64,000 bases of DNA from an uncultured Gammaproteobacteria bacterium (GTDB lineage Bacteria; Patescibacteriota; Patescibacteriia; Magasanikbacterales; GWA2-37-8), in assembly GCA_964536615.1 (NCBI GenBank), contig CAZHYG010000001.1, positions 134,200 through 198,199 on the forward strand, in the 5' to 3' direction. Position 1 is the first letter of the stretch, and every line of letters starts with the position of its first letter. The translations under genes and the position numbers were made by a program. Of this stretch, positions 58,220 to 64,000 are shown piece by piece. The notes under the pieces were generated by a model. It searched no databases, was not told the DNA's origin, and was given only the letters and a program-made list of their open reading frames with translations.

Positions 58220-59431
58220 TTAGACAATTGCTAAAATAGTTTTAAGAGTAAACAAAGTAAAAATCAAAAAAATTGGCACTGCCAATAACCAAAAATGATG
58301 CAATGAGTATCCTTCTATTTTTATTACGCTTTTTTTTCTTGCCTGCCAGCATACCAAAACCAACAGCAATGCCTCCGTACCAATCACTAGACCGCCTGCC
58401 ACGCTTAGGATAGAAATAAATTGACGCAACCCTAATATAAACAGTAAAAGCGGAATTGAAACAACGGCAAGCTCTGCCAAAAACGGGTTCATTTTATTGT
58501 CCCAGACAAAGTTTTGTCTTAAAGCTGTACCTGAACCTATAAACCCAGCACTCATAGCTAAAATCGCAAAAATATTGCCAAATATCAACACTCCCGTACC
58601 GAACTTCTGTCCCAGACCAATAGTTGCCACCTCAGTTGTACCAAGACCGGTTGCACCAACCACAGCTATAGCAAACAACACATAAATAACAATTGGAATA
58701 ACAGACCCTATAATAAGAGCTTTTTTAAAACTGCGATTATCTTTTGGCAACAATGCATGCGCCTCAATGATTGCCGGGGTACCATTTAAAGCAAACAAAA
58801 TTACACCGTATGGCACAAAAAACTTACTCACATTTGTATACGCCCAATGTGTAGTATCAAAATCTTTTAAAATATAAAAAGAAATACAGACAATAATAGA
58901 CATAACCATAATACTGAGCAATTTCTCTACTGTTTTTACCGCCTGCAACCCTTTCCAAACTACCGCACTGGCAATACCCCAAAAAATAACACTCCAAACC
59001 ACCGGGTCCCCTCCAAACAACGCAGACAACGACTGACCTTCACCAATTATATACGCCAACAATGCTCCAAACGAACCGAAAACTATCATGACATTGATTA
59101 AAATTTTTGGCCATTTGCCCAAATATTTTCCCACTAATCCAGGAATCTGCAATGATTCATTAGTACGCACAGCAATTTCTCCTAACAACAGATTTAAACT
59201 AAGCATTACTAAACCCAATACTAAAATATAGGATAAGCCGATAATTAACCCTGTCTGCGCCACCACATATGGGATTCCCAAAATTCCCGCACCAATAGTC
59301 ATACCTGTGATCATAAACACAGCATCCCCTATTGAAACAGGCCGCTTATAAATACCTTGATGTAAAATAATTTTTTGCTCGCTAGATTGTTCAATCATAG
59401 TATACGTAATTATACCATATAATTTCTGCAT
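58220..59431 (-). CDS. Amino-acid permease (APC/aromatic amino acid transporter-like)
   Basis: 11-12 TM helices. N-terminal GDAVFMITGMTIGAGILGIPY motif. 403 aa. Confidence 0.7.
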   Translation of the reverse strand: MQKLYGIITYTMIEQSSEQKIILHQGIYKRPVSIGDAVFMITGMTIGAGILGIPYVVAQTGLIIGLSYILVLGLVMLSLNLLLGEIAVRTNESLQIPGLVGKYLGKWPKILINVMIVFGSFGALLAYIIGEGQSLSALFGGDPVVWSVIFWGIASAVVWKGLQAVKTVEKLLSIMVMSIIVCISFYILKDFDTTHWAYTNVSKFFVPYGVILFALNGTPAIIEAHALLPKDNRSFKKALIIGSVIPIVIYVLFAIAVVGATGLGTTEVATIGLGQKFGTGVLIFGNIFAILAMSAGFIGSGTALRQNFVWDNKMNPFLAELAVVSIPLLLFILGLRQFISILSVAGGLVIGTEALLLVLVCWQARKKSVIKIEGYSLHHFWLLAVPIFLIFTLFTLKTILAIV

Positions 59432-59587
59432 ATCATTAACTTGTTAATATAATAAAAAATTATTATGCTCCATATATAGCAAATTGAGTGCGCACACTTG
59501 ACAAAATGGAAAAAATATGGCTAAGATACATATAAATAAATTATAAAGTAAAAATAAAAAATAACTAAAAAGCTCTTTAAAATCACT

Positions 59588-59635
59588 AACTGCTGAGCAT
59601 TTTGGGTATATTCGTACCTAGAATGCTCAGCAGTT
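59588..59635. repeat. Perfect 14-bp inverted repeat AACTGCTGAGCATT/AATGCTCAGCAGTT with 20-nt loop at the left edge of the GC-rich island
   Basis: Verified by reverse complement. Marks the transition from AT-rich to ~62% GC sequence. Confidence 0.6.
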
Positions 59636-59697
59636 TCTGCTTAGCTCCTCGCACCCAGGATCCCGGGTGTAAGAAGTGCCTCCAGGGGGGACCTGTC

Positions 59698-60222
59698 ATG
59701 CGCGCAACCGTCATGCTCTTGCTGCTCTTGATCATCACCGGCACCGTCGCTTGCGGCGGTGCCAACCACAACCGCCACTACACCGCCGTGGCATTCACGT
59801 CTGCAGCGCCACCGCAGACTGACGCGAGCGGCGATACCGCACCACCAGCAACGGTGGTTTTCACCACGAAGTCGGACTACGTGGTCACGATCGATGCGAA
59901 ATACCACCGCCCAGAGGTCATTCAAATCTTGCGCAGACTGGATGGTCGTTCATCCGAGGGTCCGGTGTTCGAACGCATCAAGTCTTCGGAGTCCTCCTCG
60001 ACCTTTCGGCTTTCACTCTCGCCAGGCATGCCCTGGATCGCCTTCCAGGTGACAGTGGACGATGGCGCAGGTGGTCGACGGTATCTCAACAGCCAGCACG
60101 AGTGGGAGAGCATCCGAGTTTTCGATGATGACACCATGCGAGAGATCGGGGTAACGCGAAGCGGTTCGTTCCGCGGCGAAGACCGCGGCCTCTTCAAGAT
60201 CGTGGAAACCACGCTCAAGTGA
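59698..60222 (+). CDS. Horizontally acquired lipoprotein-like protein encoded in a high-GC island
   Basis: Signal peptide MRATVMLLLLLIITGTVAC followed by Cys. G-rich RBS AGGGGGG 7 nt upstream. Codon third positions overwhelmingly G/C in this frame only. Local GC ~62% versus ~40% in the flanks. Start moved from 59602 to the internal Met. Confidence 0.6.
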   Translation: MRATVMLLLLLIITGTVACGGANHNRHYTAVAFTSAAPPQTDASGDTAPPATVVFTTKSDYVVTIDAKYHRPEVIQILRRLDGRSSEGPVFERIKSSESSSTFRLSLSPGMPWIAFQVTVDDGAGGRRYLNSQHEWESIRVFDDDTMREIGVTRSGSFRGEDRGLFKIVETTLK

Positions 60223-60255
60223 CACTCTTTCTCAAGAGGAGTCTCGTCCCGTGTC

Positions 60256-60293
60256 GTAGCTATAGCTTGTATATCAATACAAATTATAGCTAC
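60256..60293. repeat. 9-bp inverted repeat GTAGCTATA/TATAGCTAC with 20-nt loop containing TTGTAT-N4-ATACAA, at the right edge of the GC island
   Basis: Verified by reverse complement. Lies between the island ORF stop and the terminator/tRNA-Val. Confidence 0.45.
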
Positions 60294-60318
60294 CGGGATG
60301 AGAGAAAAAATATTAAAA

Positions 60319-60350
60319 AACCACATTGTATTTCAATGTGGTTTTTTAAT
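60319..60350. terminator. Bidirectional intrinsic terminator (downstream of tRNA-Val on minus strand and of the island ORF on plus strand)
   Basis: AAAAA, then CCACATTG-tattt-CAATGTGG, then TTTTTT. Confidence 0.7.
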
Positions 60351-60358
60351 TTAATTTG

Positions 60359-60432
60359 TAGGCGCTTAGGGATTCGAACCCTAGACCTCCTCGGTGTAAA
60401 CGAGGCGCTCTAACCAACTGAGCTAAACGCCC
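60359..60432 (-). tRNA. tRNA-Val (anticodon TAC), no encoded CCA
   Basis: Acceptor GGGCGTT/AGCGCCT with two G-U pairs. D-arm GCTC-AGTTGGTTA-GAGC. Anticodon stem CCTCG/CGAGG with loop TTTACAC. T-arm TAGGG-TTCGAAT-CCCTA. Discriminator A. Confidence 0.8.
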
Positions 60433-60452
60433 AACATACTTATAATTACTCT

Positions 60453-60528
60453 TGGTGGGTCGGCTGGGGATCGAACCCAGGACCACTGCCTTAAAAGGGC
60501 ATTGCTCTACCAGCTGAGCTACCGACCC
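60453..60528 (-). tRNA. tRNA-Lys (anticodon TTT) with encoded CCA
   Basis: GGGTCGGTAGCTCAGCTGGTAGAGCA...CTTTTAA...GGGTTCGATCCCCAGCCGACCCACCA. Perfect acceptor stem GGGTCGG/CCGACCC. Close match to E. coli tRNA-Lys. Confidence 0.9.
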
Positions 60529-60636
60529 AAGTGTGAACTATACGGACTTAATTCTATACTAATTCTAAAAAATAATCAACCCCATTGTCTTGTGTATTAT
60601 TTTTTTCTGTGGGTAATTATCAAAATATATGTAATT

Positions 60637-61716
60637 TTATCTAATATTAGCCAACTTGTCAATAATACCCATAATCTGTTTTGGTTCTGCAGGAGGCAAA
60701 ACAGTGCGCAACCGATCACCCAAATAACTTCTGGTTTCAGGCAAATCAATTAAATCTGCTGCTAAACGAGCTAATTTTAATCCGCTATCCATGCGTTCAT
60801 CCATAACAATCACTGCTTTTTGTTGAGCAAGCAAGCGCGCATTTACTTCCTGATGCGTTCCTGCCATAGGCAAAACAATAGATGCTTTACCAAGTGAGGC
60901 CAACTCCGTTAAACTTCCAAATCCAGCTCGAGTTATAACCACATCCGCGATAGCGTAGGCATCTTTCATTTCGGATTTTAAAAATGGATACACATGATAA
61001 TTAGGAAAAACCTTAGTTGCGTTTTCCTGCAAATCTTTTGGACGTTCTCTGCCAACCAAGTGTATAACATGCCAATTACGAGGCCACGCTGGCAACGCCT
61101 CAACCACCAGTTTATTGACTGTAGCAGAACCTGTACCACCGCCCATAGCCAAAATTACAGGCGCTTGTTCGGGTATGTTAAATATGTGACGCGACTGTAA
61201 AAAATCATCAGGATGTAAATCGCGCACCGGATTCCCCATCCAAATAGTTTTATTTTCCGAAAAATATTTTTGCGTATCTCGCAAGGCCGTAGTTACGACC
61301 TGCGCCACATAAGACATCAGCTTATTTGCCAAACCAACCTGTGCATCCTGCTGATGCACCCAAGTCGGAATACCTAGCGCAAAAGCAGCATAGTGCAGCG
61401 GCACACTCACAAATCCACCGGCGGTAATAAGCATATCCGGTTTTTGCTGCCACAAAACAAATAGCGACTGCAAAAAACCAAAGATAATTTTAAATATATC
61501 AAAAATATTCCACAACGATATGTAGCGACGCAGCTTGCCAGACATGATAGAGATAAACGGAATATCGTATTCGGCAACCAAATCTTTTTCCGGTCCATGT
61601 TGAGTGCCTACCCACACAAACTCTGTTTGCGCATTATAACGCTTGCATGTTTCGGCAATTGCCAAAAGCGGCACCACTGGCCCTAATGTTCCACCGCCAG
61701 AAAACATTATTTTCAT
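60637..61716 (-). CDS. murG: UDP-GlcNAc:lipid I N-acetylglucosaminyltransferase MurG
   Basis: MKIMFSGGGTLGPVVPLLAIAE N-terminus and C-terminal GT28 motif (GGGTGSATVN...MAGTHQEVNA). Start at 61716. The upstream ORF-track extension to 61869 overlaps rpoD. Confidence 0.88.
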   Translation of the reverse strand: MKIMFSGGGTLGPVVPLLAIAETCKRYNAQTEFVWVGTQHGPEKDLVAEYDIPFISIMSGKLRRYISLWNIFDIFKIIFGFLQSLFVLWQQKPDMLITAGGFVSVPLHYAAFALGIPTWVHQQDAQVGLANKLMSYVAQVVTTALRDTQKYFSENKTIWMGNPVRDLHPDDFLQSRHIFNIPEQAPVILAMGGGTGSATVNKLVVEALPAWPRNWHVIHLVGRERPKDLQENATKVFPNYHVYPFLKSEMKDAYAIADVVITRAGFGSLTELASLGKASIVLPMAGTHQEVNARLLAQQKAVIVMDERMDSGLKLARLAADLIDLPETRSYLGDRLRTVLPPAEPKQIMGIIDKLANIR

Positions 61717-61735
61717 ATACAAATGAAGCGCGGGC

Positions 61736-63040
61736 TTAGTAATCTTTAAGCTTGTTAATAATGCCCATATGCTGAATTTTTTCCAGAGCCTTTGCCTCAA
61801 TTTGGCGAATACGCTCACGAGTAACATCAAACTCTTTACCGACTTCTTCAAGTGTATGTGTAACACCATCGCTTAAACCAAAACGCATTTCAAGAATTTT
61901 TTGCTCGCGCGGAGACAAGTCTTTAATGGCGTCTTTCACATAATCTTTAAGAATCTGCAGACCAGCAACTCTATCTGGCGACATATTTTTGACATCTTCC
62001 ACAAAATCCTGCAACGAAGAATCATCGTCATCATCATCATCGCCAACCGACATTTCCAAAGACACAGTGTCCTGAGAAATTTTGATAATATGATTAATCT
62101 TTTCAACCTCTTCGCCCATTTCTGCTGCCAACTCTTCTGGAGTTGGGTCACGCCCTAAATCTTGCAAAAGCCGGCGCTGCACCTGCTGGAAACGATTGAT
62201 TGTTTCTACCATATGCACCGGGATGCGAATTGTGCGCGACTGGTCAGCCAAAGCACGGGTAATTGCCTGGCGAATCCACCAGGTGGCGTAGGTTGAAAAT
62301 TTAAAGCCTTTGCGATAATCAAACTTTTTTACCGCTCTAAACAAGCCGATATTTCCTTCTTGGATTAAATCGAGCAATGAAAGTGATTTGCCGACAAATT
62401 TTTTGGCAATAGACACCACCAAGCGCAAATTTGCTTCAATAAGTTTTCGATCCGCCTCTTTATCACCACGTTCTTTGCGTTTTGCCAAAGCCATTTCCTC
62501 AGCTGGTTTTAACAATGGAATCTTGCCAATTTCACGCAAATACATCTGGATGGAATCGGAAGAAATCTGACCCAAATCAAATGGGGTATCCATATCCGGC
62601 TGTTCACCCTGAAATTGTTTTAACAAACTAGTGCTTTCTGTTTTTCTGCCCAATAAATTACCTGTGGTTTCAACCACCGATACACCATTTTTATCCAACA
62701 GGTCCATGAAGCCTTCATAGAGATCCAAGTACTGTTCTGGTCTTGAAAATACATTTTCTGCTTCAATTTGAGTAATAAAACCACGAGTCCTGCCTTTAGC
62801 AACCAACGCCCAAATATCCTTTAAAGTCGGCTCGGCAACTTCTTCTAGATCTATATTTTGTTTATGCTGATTATGCTTTCCACGATGTTTTTTTTGCAAT
62901 TCCTTGCGGGAAATATTTTTTTTCTTAAATATAGCGCCGCCGGTTTTTTTACGCACTATCTTCTCCCTTTTATGCTTACGCGTATGGTTAACGCGCAATG
63001 GCTTGGAAGCTTTTTTGATTGTCCCCTTTTTTTTCACCAT
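61736..63040 (-). CDS. rpoD: Primary RNA polymerase sigma factor RpoD (sigma-70) with lysine-rich N-terminal extension
   Basis: Regions 2-4 conserved ([37 protein letters not shown]; region 4 [26 protein letters not shown]). An acidic linker D7 is present. The N-terminal ~60 aa are K/R-rich. Confidence 0.92.
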   Translation of the reverse strand: MVKKKGTIKKASKPLRVNHTRKHKREKIVRKKTGGAIFKKKNISRKELQKKHRGKHNQHKQNIDLEEVAEPTLKDIWALVAKGRTRGFITQIEAENVFSRPEQYLDLYEGFMDLLDKNGVSVVETTGNLLGRKTESTSLLKQFQGEQPDMDTPFDLGQISSDSIQMYLREIGKIPLLKPAEEMALAKRKERGDKEADRKLIEANLRLVVSIAKKFVGKSLSLLDLIQEGNIGLFRAVKKFDYRKGFKFSTYATWWIRQAITRALADQSRTIRIPVHMVETINRFQQVQRRLLQDLGRDPTPEELAAEMGEEVEKINHIIKISQDTVSLEMSVGDDDDDDDSSLQDFVEDVKNMSPDRVAGLQILKDYVKDAIKDLSPREQKILEMRFGLSDGVTHTLEEVGKEFDVTRERIRQIEAKALEKIQHMGIINKLKDY

Positions 63041-63071
63041 AAGGGATTATCTTAAATAAAAATATATTATT

Positions 63072-64000
63072 TTATCCCAGAGCAATAATGTCTTTTAAAA
63101 TATTCTGAACTTGCTCTCGATCATTATTTTTCTCCGCTTCTTTCAACTTGATAGCCAGCTTGCTCCTCTTATTTTTTTGCCAATCTTCTTTCACAGCGCT
63201 AAACAGCACAGCTAATTCTTTTTGGGCTTCTTCACGCGTAAAATTAGCATAGTCTTTATCTGATTTTAAAACTAAAATATCAACAAAAAACCGCTCTTCC
63301 GTGGTTAAGCTGTTTTTTAACGCCTGCACATCCAATATATTAGTATTCTCATTATAGTATTTTTTTAAAGAGTCGTAAAGACCTGCCAAATGAACCTCTT
63401 CTAGAAAATCTTTTTTTAATTCTGGAGCATATACCGATAACAACGAAGGAAATTTAAACAAAAGCGCAAAAAAGTTTTCCAGTAAAATGTGAGCTTTAGT
63501 CTTCTCTTCTTTGGCTGGGACTGGCGTATTTTCTGTCGATGCTGGGGTATGCGTATATGCCGCGTTTTTTGCCGCTAAGCCATATATTCGCTTTGCCTCA
63601 GCTGCCAGAATTGACCTATCCACCCCCAGCTCATCAGCCAACCGGTTCAACCAATGATCACGTTCAATGGCGTGCGGCAAACGAATAATCTCTTGCAGAA
63701 GAAGATCTGAAATTTTTTGCTTCTGTTTTGGGTCGTTTTTATCAAAACCGGTAAATGCGCTGGCAAAATACCATTCCATTACGTCTTGCGCTTGCGCAAC
63801 CGATTCAAACCAAACATCTTTATTTTTCTTTATACATTCATCCGCGTCTTTGCCTGCGCCTGCGGGAATTTTAATTATTTTAATACTCATCCCCTGTTCC
63901 ATAGCAATATCAATACCTCTCTTCGCGGCATTCTGACCGGCAGCATCGGCGTCAAACGCGATAGCAATATTATTGGAGTATCGTTTTAAAAGCTTAACCT
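63072..64000 (-). CDS. dnaG: DNA primase DnaG (3' portion; gene continues beyond the window edge)
   Basis: Toprim segment IAFDADAAGQNAAKRGIDIAMEQGMSIKIIKIPAGAGKDADE, reconstructed by translating beyond the ORF-track start with no stop before position 64000. C-terminal helicase-interaction region. Gene pair dnaG-rpoD. Confidence 0.85.
   Translation of the reverse strand, partial: VKLLKRYSNNIAIAFDADAAGQNAAKRGIDIAMEQGMSIKIIKIPAGAGKDADECIKKNKDVWFESVAQAQDVMEWYFASAFTGFDKNDPKQKQKISDLLLQEIIRLPHAIERDHWLNRLADELGVDRSILAAEAKRIYGLAAKNAAYTHTPASTENTPVPAKEEKTKAHILLENFFALLFKFPSLLSVYAPELKKDFLEEVHLAGLYDSLKKYYNENTNILDVQALKNSLTTEERFFVDILVLKSDKDYANFTREEAQKELAVLFSAVKEDWQKNKRSKLAIKLKEAEKNNDREQVQNILKDIIALG

Noticed and set aside
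59641-60326. Minus-strand ORFs 59641..59925, 59922..60326 and 60013..60225 inside the GC-rich island
   Set aside because: High-GC DNA yields open frames on all strands. Only the plus frame shows strong GC3 bias, a signal peptide and an RBS.
59588-60350. Calling the GC island an integrated mobile element
   Set aside because: No integrase, transposase, recombinase or detectable att direct repeat is present. Only compositional and positional evidence exists, so it is reported as HGT cargo rather than as a mobile element.
61717-61869. Upstream 51-codon extension of murG in the ORF track
   Set aside because: It overlaps the 3' end of rpoD. The conserved MurG N-terminus starts at MKIMFSGGG (61716).

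Overview
This is an AT-rich (~40% GC) bacterial chromosomal segment with short intergenic spacers and mostly minus-strand genes. Several traits fit a small-genome CPR/Patescibacteria-like organism (inference only): a short 226-aa HrcA, RpoD with a lysine-rich N-terminus, and tRNAs lacking an encoded CCA.

Most of the window is housekeeping:
- Replication and repair: dnaB, ybaB, recR, recJ, rnhA, rarA, dnaG-rpoD.
- Translation: rplU, rplI, lepA, era, typA, three tRNAs.
- Cell wall: mraZ-rsmH-ftsL ... mraY, murJ, murA, murG.
- Chaperones: hrcA-grpE-dnaK-dnaJ behind a CIRCE-like operator.
- Metabolism: pyrG, gdhA, dus, a PLD-family enzyme.
- A ~8 kb envelope-glycan locus with GT2, GT4, DUF2304, an SDR epimerase/decarboxylase, a methyltransferase, an undecaprenyl-phosphate sugar transferase and an S8 protease.

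The less ordinary signals are:
1. Two paralogous modules of ECF sigma factor, DUF5667-like membrane anti-sigma candidate and secreted beta-rich protein. One sits just upstream of a 1233-aa low-complexity surface protein that has a structured ~150-nt leader.
2. A ~600-bp island at ~62% GC (59.64-60.25 kb) encoding a lipoprotein-like ORF with high-GC codon usage, bounded by perfect hairpins and lying beside tRNA-Val and tRNA-Lys.
3. A heat-shock operon interrupted by three unannotatable genes (hrcA-grpE-X-dnaK-Y-Z-dnaJ).
4. A 48-bp perfect palindrome plus related TTGTAT-N10-ATACAA sites over the promoter of an excisionase-family HTH gene, followed by a large surface protein.
5. A ClpA/ClpC-like double-AAA+ unfoldase with an N-terminal zinc ribbon and membrane anchor, inserted in the dcw cluster.
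6. A candidate structured ncRNA at 22.40-22.60 kb.

No CRISPR array, integrase or transposase was seen.
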